This document shows, one piece after another, positions 55,511 through 64,000 of a stretch of 64,000 nt of DNA (positions are counted from its first letter, which is position 1; every line of letters starts with the position of its first letter). The DNA is taken from NCBI GenBank assembly GCA_964406735.1, contig CAYOSU010000003.1, forward strand, positions 24,866 through 88,865, given 5' to 3'. The stretch comes from an uncultured Clostridia bacterium. Lineage in GTDB: Bacteria > Bacillota > Clostridia > Christensenellales > CAMQZB01. The notes below the pieces were generated by a model. The model was not told the origin of the DNA. It worked only from the letters and a program-made list of their open reading frames with translations, and searched no databases. Made by a program: the position numbers and the translations under genes.

Positions 55511-55517
55511 TTTTAAA

Positions 55518-57605
55518 TTAGTTAAGTTTTTCAAGGAGCTTAAGGTCAATACCCTTTTCGCCGATCTTGATTACTTCAACCTTGACGTTGTCTCCGATGT
55601 TGACTACGTCTTCTACTTTGTTAACTCTCTTATCGGAAAGCTTGCTGATGTGGATCATTCCGTCCTTTCCGGGAGCGATCTCTACGAACGCACCGATGGA
55701 GATGATCCTTGCAACCTTACCCGCAAAGATGTCGCCTACTTCAGGGTCGTGAGCTATCGACATGATGATAGCCTTTGCTCTGTCTGCAGCAGCCGCATCG
55801 GGAGTTGCAATAAATACCTTGCCGGAATCGTCGATATCGATCTTAACACCGGTCTCGTCGATGATCTTGTTGATCGTCTTTCCGCCGCTACCGATAACTT
55901 CTCTGATCTTATCGGGATTGATCTGGAAGGAAATGATCTTAGGAGCGTACTTAGAAAGCTCTTCTCTTGGTCCGGGAAGTACAGCCAACATCTTGTTCAA
56001 GATGAAGTTTCTGCCTTCGTTTGCCTGCTTGATAGCTCTCGTGAATACCTCTTCGGTAATTCCCTTGACCTTGATATCCATCTGGATAGCAGTAATACCC
56101 TTCGTAGTACCTGCCACCTTGAAGTCCATATCACCAAGGAAGTCTTCAAGTCCCTGAATATCGGTAAGTATCTCTACCTTGCCGCTTGCTTCGTCCTTGA
56201 TAAGACCCATTGCTACACCTGCTACTGGGCGTTTGATAGGTACGCCTGCATCCATAAGTGCGAGAGTAGAACCGCAAACGGAAGCCTGAGAGGTCGAACC
56301 ATTCGAGGAAAGTATCTCGGAAACCGTTCTGATTGCGTACGGGAACTCTTCCTCTGTCGGAAGTACGGGCTCGAGTGCTCTTTCTGCGAGCGCACCGTGT
56401 CCTATTTCACGACGTCCGGGAGATCTCGGAGCTTTTGCTTCACCAGTCGAGTAGGACGGGAAGTTGTAGTGGTGCATATATCTCTTGGACTCTTCTTCAT
56501 CAAGTCCCTCGAGTTTCTGCATATCGCCAATCGTACCAAGCGTGCAAGTCGTCAAAGCCTGCGTCTCACCTCTCGTGAATACGCCTGTTCCATGAACTCT
56601 GGGCATAACGCCTACTTCACACCAAATAGGTCTGATATCCTTTACGCCTCTACCGTCAGGTCTGATACCTTTTTCAAGTATCTTCTTGCGGACTTTTTCT
56701 TTCTGCATCTGATAAAGAACGTCGCCGATCTCACGCTTCTTGTCAGGGAATATCTCTGCGAAATGGTTGAACACGTCTTCATCCATCTCTTTTTCACGCT
56801 GCTGACGTTCGCTTCTTACGTATGCTTCGAGAACATAGTCGAGCTTAGCGTCCGCATACTCGCGAACTGCCGCATCGATCTCTTCGGGAACGTGATAAAG
56901 CTCCATCTGACGCTTGGGTTTTCCTACCTCTTTCTGGATCTCCTCGATGAATGCGCAGATCTTCTTGATCTCTTCGTGTCCGAAAAGAATAGCTTTGATC
57001 ATCTCGTCGTCAGAGATCTCCTTAGAGCCTGCCTCTACCATCATGATAGCGTCCTTCGTTCCTGCAAGGTTAAGCGTCAAAACAGATTTTTCTCTCTGCT
57101 TGGAATCGGGATTCAATACGTACTCACCATCTACCATACCGACTACTACAGAGCCTGTAGGACCCTGCCAAGGAATATCGGAGATGGAAAGAGCGATCGA
57201 AGATCCGAGCATTCCGTATACCTCAGGCGGAATATCGGGATCTACTGACATAGCCGTTGCAATAACAACTACGTCGTTATAAAGTCCCTTGGGGAAAAGC
57301 GGCCTTATGGGTCTGTCGATAAGACGGCTCGTAAGGATTGCTTTGTCGGAAGGTCTGGACTCACGGCGCTTGAAAGAGCCGGGGATCTTACCTACCGAGT
57401 ACATTTTTTCTTCAAAATCTACCGACAAGGGGAAGAAGTCCATTCCCTCTCTCGGCGATTCGGACATGTTTACGTTGACAAGAACTGCAGTCTCACCGCA
57501 TCTGACAACGCATGAACCATTCGACTGTCCGCAATACTTTCCAGTTTCGACAATCAATTCCCTACCGGCATAGGTAGTTCTGAATTCGCGATAATTTTCT
57601 GTCAT
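55518..57605 (-). CDS. pnp: polyribonucleotide nucleotidyltransferase (PNPase)
   Basis: 695 aa. Two RNase PH domains, KH (GSGGKTINKI) and S1 (FVEIAPGKDGMIHISKL). Confidence 0.97.
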   Translation of the reverse strand: MTENYREFRTTYAGRELIVETGKYCGQSNGSCVVRCGETAVLVNVNMSESPREGMDFFPLSVDFEEKMYSVGKIPGSFKRRESRPSDKAILTSRLIDRPIRPLFPKGLYNDVVVIATAMSVDPDIPPEVYGMLGSSIALSISDIPWQGPTGSVVVGMVDGEYVLNPDSKQREKSVLTLNLAGTKDAIMMVEAGSKEISDDEMIKAILFGHEEIKKICAFIEEIQKEVGKPKRQMELYHVPEEIDAAVREYADAKLDYVLEAYVRSERQQREKEMDEDVFNHFAEIFPDKKREIGDVLYQMQKEKVRKKILEKGIRPDGRGVKDIRPIWCEVGVMPRVHGTGVFTRGETQALTTCTLGTIGDMQKLEGLDEEESKRYMHHYNFPSYSTGEAKAPRSPGRREIGHGALAERALEPVLPTEEEFPYAIRTVSEILSSNGSTSQASVCGSTLALMDAGVPIKRPVAGVAMGLIKDEASGKVEILTDIQGLEDFLGDMDFKVAGTTKGITAIQMDIKVKGITEEVFTRAIKQANEGRNFILNKMLAVLPGPREELSKYAPKIISFQINPDKIREVIGSGGKTINKIIDETGVKIDIDDSGKVFIATPDAAAADRAKAIIMSIAHDPEVGDIFAGKVARIISIGAFVEIAPGKDGMIHISKLSDKRVNKVEDVVNIGDNVKVEVIKIGEKGIDLKLLEKLN

Positions 57606-57642
57606 CTATGTTCTCCTATTTTAATGATACCGTAATTAAACG

Positions 57643-57672
57643 AAAAAGCGGAAAATAATATATTCCGCTTTT
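57643..57672 (-). terminator. rpsO terminator/attenuator upstream of pnp
   Basis: The minus strand reads AAAAGCGGAA-N9-TTCCGCTTTT, then TCGTTT. Confidence 0.65.
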
Positions 57673-57682
57673 ATACTCTTCA

Positions 57683-57946
57683 TTACTTTCTGATGTTGAG
57701 TCTTGCAATGATCTCTCTGTACTTGTTGATGTCTTTAGCTTTGAGATAGTTCAAAAGATTACGACGACGACCTACCATTTTAAAAAGTCCACGTCTCGAA
57801 TGATTGTCGTGCGGGTTAACTTTGAGGTGCTCTGTCAAGTGATTGATACGCTCAGTTAAAAGAGCGATCTGTACTTCAGGAGAACCTGTGTCGCCTTCCT
57901 GTCTTGCATATTCGTTGATTATGCTTGTCTTTTTCTCTTTCTCCAT
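57683..57946 (-). CDS. rpsO: 30S ribosomal protein S15
   Basis: 87 aa from [22 protein letters not shown], with GGAGGA SD. The track ORF's extra 14 aa have no support. Confidence 0.95.
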   Translation of the reverse strand: MEKEKKTSIINEYARQEGDTGSPEVQIALLTERINHLTEHLKVNPHDNHSRRGLFKMVGRRRNLLNYLKAKDINKYREIIARLNIRK

Positions 57947-58033
57947 TTTTATATCCTCCAAAAAATATATTCGCCGAAAACTTTGCATATCGTCGGAGTA
58001 ATCGTATACGCTAAAGCAACGGTAACCTTGTCT

Positions 58034-58063
58034 ATAATATCACAAAAAATTGCGTTTGTCTAA
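58034..58063 (-). promoter_or_regulatory. sigma-A-type promoter for rpsO
   Basis: The minus strand reads TTAGAC-N18-TATTAT with an extended -10 TGa. Confidence 0.45.
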
Positions 58064-58069
58064 CGATTT

Positions 58070-59458
58070 TCAGTCGTTTTCAAACAATTTTTCACGCTTG
58101 ATCGAATTGTCGTACATCTTTTCGATATAAGTCTTGACATCTTTTGGATAAGCAACCCTCTCTATACGGTTTTCATCGGAAAAATAGCGTTTTGATATTG
58201 CGTTTGCACCGCAAGCAATTATAGAAGTATTCTCCTCCATTATATCGACGTTATAAATGCAAGGAGTCTTTTTATAAAAACCGGTATTTTCAAGATTTCC
58301 AGCCATATATTTTTGCCTATAAAGATAATACGGCTTATAGCCACTCTTAAAAAGCCTGTCGTAGCCACCGTTTATCATAGCGATTATCTCGTCGTTAACG
58401 TTCTTTGAGGTCGTCTCTTTAAGTTTACTTCCTGCTTTTAGCGCAAGCGTATGAAGAGTTATATTGTCGGGATCAAGTGAAATTATCTTTTCGACAGAGC
58501 TTATAAAATCTTCAGCCTTTTCTCCCGAAAGCCCTGCAATAAGATCGCAGTTAATCGAAAAGTTGTAGCCCTTTGCCATTTCATAACAATCAAGAAAATC
58601 GGAAAACGTGTGATTTCTTCCGATGGCTTCGAGCGTCTTGTCGTGAATAGTCTGCGGATTTACGCTTATTCTGTTTGCAACCTTTGCTATCAGATCAAGC
58701 TTGCCTTTTGTGATCGTATCGGGTCTTCCTGCTTCGATAGTGAACTCAGGCGTGTCAAAATCGCATATTGATAGTAGCTTAACAAGCTGCCTTTCACTAA
58801 GAGCTGTAGGCGTGCCGCCACCCATATAAACAGACCTTAGCTTATAATTATTCGCAAAAATAATATGTTTTGCGAATAAAATGTCAAGCATCAACGATTC
58901 AACGTACCTATCGACAAGTCCCTCAGGCGTATGTCTGAGATCTTGGGATATGAACGAGCAATAATCGCATCTTGAAAGACAAAACGGTATACCGATATAT
59001 AAGTCTACACCCTTATCCCCTCTTTCGTATATGGGTTTTTGTATATCGTATATACTTTTCGTAAGCGAAGTCTTTTCGGGTGATACCAAATAAACGTCCT
59101 TGAAATAGCTTTCCGCATCAACACCCTCTTTTTCCGTAAGCATTCTGAACAGCTTTACAGGGCGAATGCCGGTCAAGCTTCCCCAAGGATGATATTCAGG
59201 AAAAGTCTCTTGCAAAGCTTTGTAAAGCAATATCTTTGAGTAACGCTTTATCAAGCGTACGTGCTCGACATCGCTTAAGTTATCACTAAGCTCAATACTT
59301 TCGTTGTATTCTTTCCCTGAAAACATTACCGTTATATTACAATTATTTCCGTTTTGCGCAATATTATGGCTGATTTCAAGATTTTCGGGGAGCTCAATAA
59401 ATGAGCGTATAACATCATTCAGATCGTTTTCAATTTTAGGATAATTGGTTGTAATCAT
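58070..59458 (-). CDS. HemN-like radical SAM protein (HemZ type)
   Basis: 462 aa. CLSRCDYCSF radical-SAM cluster preceded by an N-terminal extension of about 150 aa, plus a HemN C-terminal-like region. Confidence 0.65.
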   Translation of the reverse strand: MITTNYPKIENDLNDVIRSFIELPENLEISHNIAQNGNNCNITVMFSGKEYNESIELSDNLSDVEHVRLIKRYSKILLYKALQETFPEYHPWGSLTGIRPVKLFRMLTEKEGVDAESYFKDVYLVSPEKTSLTKSIYDIQKPIYERGDKGVDLYIGIPFCLSRCDYCSFISQDLRHTPEGLVDRYVESLMLDILFAKHIIFANNYKLRSVYMGGGTPTALSERQLVKLLSICDFDTPEFTIEAGRPDTITKGKLDLIAKVANRISVNPQTIHDKTLEAIGRNHTFSDFLDCYEMAKGYNFSINCDLIAGLSGEKAEDFISSVEKIISLDPDNITLHTLALKAGSKLKETTSKNVNDEIIAMINGGYDRLFKSGYKPYYLYRQKYMAGNLENTGFYKKTPCIYNVDIMEENTSIIACGANAISKRYFSDENRIERVAYPKDVKTYIEKMYDNSIKREKLFEND

Positions 59459-60075
59459 AGTTGAAAATAAGGATTGTTTACTTTTTCAAAATTTAAGCTC
59501 GACTCTTCGCCGTGCCCGGGAAATACTCTCTTGTCGGATAATACGAACAGCTTTTTTTCTACAGATGCGATAAGCTCTCCCATATCACCGCACTCAAAGT
59601 CAGTTCTTCCTATCGACATGTGAAATAGCGTATCGCCCGTAAACAGCGCATCGTCAATCAGGTAACACACGCTCCCTTTTGAGTGTCCGGGAGTGGTTAT
59701 CACTTTTATTTTAAGCCCTGCAATATTCAAAATGTCGCCGTCGTTTACGTATTTAGTACACGAAAATGGCTTTGTGAACTTTGAAACGTCAGGGAAGCCG
59801 TCAAGACGCGGACATTTAGTAAATCCGTCATCGGCGAAGTTGATATAAACATCTAAGCCGTCGTCCAAAAAATCTTTACATGCACCTATATGATCGAAAT
59901 GACCGTGAGTTAAAAGAACTGATTTTGGCGCAAGTTTAAGCTCCTTACAACGGCAAACTATACGATTATAATCCCCGCCCGTATCTATCAGGACACATTC
60001 TTTCGAGCCTTCAGTGCTCACAATATAGGTATTTACTCCTAAAAGCCCTGTTTCAATTTTATTAATATTTACCAT
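59455..60075 (-). CDS. MBL-fold metallo-hydrolase
   Basis: HxHxDH motif (THGHFDHIG), later TPGHSKGS and PGHG. Confidence 0.8.
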   Translation of the reverse strand: MVNINKIETGLLGVNTYIVSTEGSKECVLIDTGGDYNRIVCRCKELKLAPKSVLLTHGHFDHIGACKDFLDDGLDVYINFADDGFTKCPRLDGFPDVSKFTKPFSCTKYVNDGDILNIAGLKIKVITTPGHSKGSVCYLIDDALFTGDTLFHMSIGRTDFECGDMGELIASVEKKLFVLSDKRVFPGHGEESSLNFEKVNNPYFQL

Positions 60076-60080
60076 AGCTT

Positions 60081-62240
60081 TTAATTCGTCGTCCTGAATA
60101 CCTCTTTTACGCCCGAAATACCCTCTATTTTCGTCTTTAAAGCATCAAGCGCAGATAGTTTTGTGATCTGCACCGTAAGCGTTATTATCGCCCCTTTATT
60201 CTTGTCCGTCCTTGCGGAGAGATTGACCACGGGAATCTTCATCGCAGATATCTCAGCTGTAATAAGCGCAAGAAGTCCTACTATGTCAGCAGATACAATC
60301 TGAAGCGTAACGTCAAACGGCTTGGAGCTTGTCATGTTCTCGTTCCAGTCAGCCTCTATGAGTCGCTCAGGTTCCATTCCCTTTACGTTCGGGCAATCAG
60401 CTCTATGAATAGTGATACCTCTACCTCTTGAGATAAAGCCTATTATTGCGTCGCCAGGAACGGGAGAACAGCACTTTGCAAGCTTGACTAAAAGGTCGGT
60501 GCTTCCCTTTACCACAACGCCTGATTCATTTGACGAGCTCGTTCTCGGTGCAACGGAAGTAAACTCTTGCGGCTTTTGCCTCTCGATAGTCTTAAGGTAA
60601 TGGTCGGTAAGCTTCAGAATTACCTGATTTACCTTGACTGCACCATATCCAACCGCCGCAAACATCTCGTCGGCGCTTTGGAATGAGAGCTTTTCAAAGA
60701 CGATATTCATGCCCTCTTCGGTCATTAAATCTGAAAGCGCAAAGCCGCGGCGTTTTGCTTCTAAATCAAGCATCGCTTTGCCTCGCTTGATATTCTCGTC
60801 CTTCATCTCGTGCTTGAAGAACTGCCTTATCTTTCCTTTTGCGCTGTTAGACTTACAAATCTTTAACCAATCCCACGACGGACCTTTTGAATTCGGGTTT
60901 GTTATTACCTCGACTACGTCGCCCGTTTTCAGCTCGTAAGATATAGGAACCATCTTTGCGTTTACGATAGCGCCCGTCATCTTGTTTCCAACGCCTGAGT
61001 GGATCTTATAAGCAAAGTCTATCGGCGTTGAGCCTGCGGGAAGGGATATTACGTCTCCTTTAGGGGTAAATACGAGTGTTTCTAGTGCGTAAAGATCGCC
61101 CTTGACAGATTTCAGGAACTCAACGGAGTCTTTAAGGTCACCCTCGTCTTCCATTAACTCTCGTATCCAAGAAAGTCTCGTATCTAGGTCTGAATTATCC
61201 GTACGCTTCTCTTTATACTTCCAGTGCGCAGCAATACCGTATTCAGCCGTGCGGTGCATCTCGTACGTTCTTATCTGTATCTCGAACGGCTGACCGTAAT
61301 TAGTTACAACGGTCGTATGAAGGGACTGATACATGTTTGGCTTAGGAGTTGCGATATAGTCCTTGATTCGTCCAGGTATAGGCTTCCATCTATTGTGTAT
61401 CTTGCCCAACACCTCGTAGCATTCGTCTATCGAGTTGACGATAACTCTTACCGCAATAAGGTCGTATATCTCCTCGAAAGCAAGGTGCTTTTCTTTCATC
61501 TTTTTGTAGATCGAGTATAAGTGCTTTGGTCTTCCGAATACTTCTCCCTTTATTCCCGATTCGACTAAAAGATCTTCTATCTCCTTAACAACGAGAGTAA
61601 CAAGTTTGTTTCGCTCCTCCAAGCTCGCATTTATAAGCTCAACAAGCGTATAGTACTTTTCGGGTTCAAGATATTTGAGACATAAGTCTTCAAGCTCACT
61701 CTTGATTCTTGAAATACCAAGTCTTCCTGCGAGCTTTGCGTATATCTCAACAGTCTCTTGCGCCATGGCAAGCTGTCTTTCTCTTGAAAGGTAATTAAGC
61801 GACCTCATGTTGTGAAGTCGATCGGCAAGCTTTATTAAAAGAACTCTGATATCTTTCGCCATTGCAAAAAACATCTTTCTGAAATTCTCCGCTTGCTCCT
61901 CTTCTTTTGACGTAAAGTTGATCTTATTAAGCTTCGTAACGCCTGCTACAAGCTCGGTTATCTCGTTACCGAACTGTTTTCTTATCTCCTCTTCCGTAAC
62001 GTCAGTATCTTCGATAACGTCGTGTAAAAGAGCGGCAGATATAGTTTCGTAATCAAGTCCGTAGTCTACGAGAATTTCCGCAACGTGCACGGGATGGATG
62101 ATATAATCCTCTCCTGAGCTTCTCTTTTGACCGTCATGTGCCTTGACCGCAACGTCGAGCGCCGAATATATCTTGTCGGCGATCTCCGTCGGATAAGTCG
62201 CTGCTATTTTGTTTTTTAATTCAGTGATGCAATCGTTCAT
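60081..62240 (-). CDS. relA: bifunctional (p)ppGpp synthetase/hydrolase RelA/SpoT
   Basis: 719 aa. HD hydrolase (HDVIEDT), synthetase (YQSLHTTV), and TGS and ACT domains. Confidence 0.95.
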   Translation of the reverse strand: MNDCITELKNKIAATYPTEIADKIYSALDVAVKAHDGQKRSSGEDYIIHPVHVAEILVDYGLDYETISAALLHDVIEDTDVTEEEIRKQFGNEITELVAGVTKLNKINFTSKEEEQAENFRKMFFAMAKDIRVLLIKLADRLHNMRSLNYLSRERQLAMAQETVEIYAKLAGRLGISRIKSELEDLCLKYLEPEKYYTLVELINASLEERNKLVTLVVKEIEDLLVESGIKGEVFGRPKHLYSIYKKMKEKHLAFEEIYDLIAVRVIVNSIDECYEVLGKIHNRWKPIPGRIKDYIATPKPNMYQSLHTTVVTNYGQPFEIQIRTYEMHRTAEYGIAAHWKYKEKRTDNSDLDTRLSWIRELMEDEGDLKDSVEFLKSVKGDLYALETLVFTPKGDVISLPAGSTPIDFAYKIHSGVGNKMTGAIVNAKMVPISYELKTGDVVEVITNPNSKGPSWDWLKICKSNSAKGKIRQFFKHEMKDENIKRGKAMLDLEAKRRGFALSDLMTEEGMNIVFEKLSFQSADEMFAAVGYGAVKVNQVILKLTDHYLKTIERQKPQEFTSVAPRTSSSNESGVVVKGSTDLLVKLAKCCSPVPGDAIIGFISRGRGITIHRADCPNVKGMEPERLIEADWNENMTSSKPFDVTLQIVSADIVGLLALITAEISAMKIPVVNLSARTDKNKGAIITLTVQITKLSALDALKTKIEGISGVKEVFRTTN

Positions 62241-64000
62241 TTTTCTAAGCCGTTATATATTTCAGATTGATTTAGATCGACTTTTTTGCCTTGTTCTACT
62301 TGAAGCTTACCGTGCTCCAACGATATTAATCCAAGCTCTTTGAATACGCTATACGCCGTCATTATCGAAAGGTCAGATATTCCAAGCTCGGAAAGCGGAG
62401 ATAAAATCGCCGTATACGAGCCGATCTGCTTGTATTTCAAAGCTTTTATCGCAAGATAACACTTTACGAATAAATCTCTGTCTTGCTTGACCGAAATGCC
62501 ATTTTGCCAAGTATCGTCCGCAATCGTATATTTTTCTGCACGCTCGGGAAGCTCGTCGTAAGGAATGTTAGCATACCGTTCGACAAAAACTATCGTTTTG
62601 AATTTTTCAAAATTGACCGCAGTTTTAGGGCATATCAACAGTCTGTTTAAATTGCTCTTGACCGTTATTGCGTTTGTCTCTTCAATGTACGTTTTACCCT
62701 CAAAAATCCGCCTTGCTCGCTCTATTCCCGCAGCTGTATTTGCTATGACGAGTGTTCCGAACGGCTCGCAAGTAATACGTTTTTCTAAGTCTTCCATTGA
62801 AATTTCTCTATAATACTCAGTATCGAGTGAATAGAGATATTCGCAAAGAAGACTTTTTCCATCGATAATATCGGTCTGTCCGTCCGTATAAAAGGCTTTC
62901 AGGCTTGCTTTTGAATACACCTTGCCGTTGTATTCGTCAATATGATAATCCAATATTAGCCTTTTTTCAATTCCGCTACGCAAGATGTCAAGGTATTTCC
63001 CGAAATTGAAGCAAGTAAGGTATTTATCCTCGCCGTCACCAAGCAAGTGACTGGGGTTTGACGACGGATATACCATCAACGAATTTACTTTTTTATAAAA
63101 GCACGGTTTTGGATTACCTACGCCAAACGGCTCTAATAAATTCAGCGAGCGTAAGAATTTGACATTAACTTCAGTCTTGTTGCAATCTATATCGTAACGT
63201 ATTTTGGGAAGATAATCAGAGATCCTCGCATGCTCTTTAAGGTATTCGTTGAATCTGTTCCTAAATTCGTCTATATTTTGCTTTTTTATCGTAAGTCCGC
63301 ACGCTTGAGAATGTCCGCCGAACGTAATAAACAGCTCGCTCATCGAGGAAAGCGCCTCAAAGAGATTTATTCCGTCAACGCTTCTGCCGCTTCCTCTGAA
63401 GTTGCCGTCAACCTCGGTAAACAATATCGTCGGTTTATGAAACTCTTCTGCTATCTTTGAAGCAACTATGCCTAATAGTCCCGAATGCCATTTTTCGTTA
63501 GCTAAGACTACTCCGTAAGTATCGGAATTCTTGTTATATTGCGAATATGCGCTGTCGCATATCTCTTGACATATCTTCTGACGCTTGTAGTTATCCTGCG
63601 TTATCTCCTCGACTATCTCGAGCGCGTCGTTATAATCTTCTTGGCAAAATAACTTAAAGCTCCTTGCCGCCTCACCCATTCTGCCGCTCGCGTTTATTCT
63701 CGGAGCCAATACGAATGCAACGGTCGAAGATGTTATCTCGCCTTTTATCTTTGCTCCGTCAATAAGCGCTTTGATTGCCGTAGACGGGTCATCATTCATC
63801 TTTTTAATACCTTTTTTGACGATAAGACGGTTTTCTGATAAAAGCGGAACGCTGTCGGCAATAGTTGCTATCGCCGCAAATTCAACGTATTCATCGGCAT
63901 GCTCGGGAACGAGAGCCTCTGCTATTTTATACGCGACGCCCGCACCGCAAAGGTCGGGACATGGGTAAGTATCTACGTCAAGCTTCGGATTTACGCAAGG
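62237..64000 (-). CDS. recJ: single-stranded-DNA-specific exonuclease RecJ, 5' end beyond the window
   Basis: The frame stays open above the track's Met at 63799 and reads ...DLCGAGVAYKIAEAL...ATIADSVPLLSENRLIVKKGIKKMNDD..., typical of RecJ. DHHA1 GGHSQACG. The stop overlaps the relA start. Confidence 0.9.
   Translation of the reverse strand, partial: PCVNPKLDVDTYPCPDLCGAGVAYKIAEALVPEHADEYVEFAAIATIADSVPLLSENRLIVKKGIKKMNDDPSTAIKALIDGAKIKGEITSSTVAFVLAPRINASGRMGEAARSFKLFCQEDYNDALEIVEEITQDNYKRQKICQEICDSAYSQYNKNSDTYGVVLANEKWHSGLLGIVASKIAEEFHKPTILFTEVDGNFRGSGRSVDGINLFEALSSMSELFITFGGHSQACGLTIKKQNIDEFRNRFNEYLKEHARISDYLPKIRYDIDCNKTEVNVKFLRSLNLLEPFGVGNPKPCFYKKVNSLMVYPSSNPSHLLGDGEDKYLTCFNFGKYLDILRSGIEKRLILDYHIDEYNGKVYSKASLKAFYTDGQTDIIDGKSLLCEYLYSLDTEYYREISMEDLEKRITCEPFGTLVIANTAAGIERARRIFEGKTYIEETNAITVKSNLNRLLICPKTAVNFEKFKTIVFVERYANIPYDELPERAEKYTIADDTWQNGISVKQDRDLFVKCYLAIKALKYKQIGSYTAILSPLSELGISDLSIMTAYSVFKELGLISLEHGKLQVEQGKKVDLNQSEIYNGLEK

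Noticed and set aside
55650-57248. A 532-aa ORF on the plus strand, antisense to pnp. It is strikingly long for a genome of about 40% GC.
   Set aside because: Its codon boundaries coincide exactly with those of pnp (both triplet sets start at coordinates divisible by 3). In that phase an antisense stop can only arise from sense TTA, CTA or TCA codons. The open frame therefore reflects avoidance of those codons in a highly expressed gene. There is no SD, and the peptide is low-complexity and hydrophobic/Arg-rich. It is a shadow ORF.
1-64000. A search for CRISPR arrays, IS elements or transposases, rRNA, riboswitch or T-box leaders, and known defence genes.
   Set aside because: I saw no regularly spaced direct repeats of 24-40 nt and no transposase-like ORFs. 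hisS and glyA have upstream gaps of only 9-17 nt, which leaves no room for T-box or other leaders. Every ORF longer than 200 aa has a housekeeping assignment, except the methyltransferase and the membrane protein noted above.

Overview
This 64-kb segment comes from a low-GC Firmicutes/Clostridia-type bacterium (37-43% GC in the two coding lines I counted). It is almost entirely housekeeping genes. Plus-strand blocks are comM-dprA-topA-trmFO-hslVU-hisS, glyA with tRNA-Pro, yggS-sepF-lspA-rluD, tig-clpP-clpX-lon-engB, and miaB-mutS-mutL-miaA with a ynbB-like gene. Minus-strand blocks are rqcH with a methyltransferase, a class A PBP, lexA, a Xer-type recombinase with hflX, rnhA, and rny. They continue with recA-cinA-pgsA-rimO-ftsK, a dUTPase, an M16 peptidase, a deacetylase, pnp-rpsO, and a hemZ-like gene with an MBL hydrolase, relA and recJ. 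tRNA-Trp sits on the plus strand. I found no CRISPR array, transposase, phage gene or recognisable defence system. I cannot point to a convincing large novel system; the candidates below are small. (1) A 4.4-kb islet (51.1-55.5 kb) interrupts the conserved rpsO-pnp / deacetylase-M16 block. It carries a TetR gene, a GH2 glycosidase and a three-gene operon of small uncharacterised proteins, two of them tandem paralogues. (2) An unlisted 57-aa, 8-cysteine ORF lies divergent from lexA and has its own promoter and SD. (3) A 722-bp, about 23% GC, ORF-free spacer separates the Xer-type recombinase from an orphan membrane protein. (4) A dispersed non-coding motif (TTTTRCGMATAAWTAT / ATTTATGCATAAAA) occurs at least 10 times and points toward the downstream start codon in all but one copy. 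Gene orientation switches from mostly plus to mostly minus at about 33.1 kb. All long antisense ORFs in the track are codon-phase shadows of real genes.
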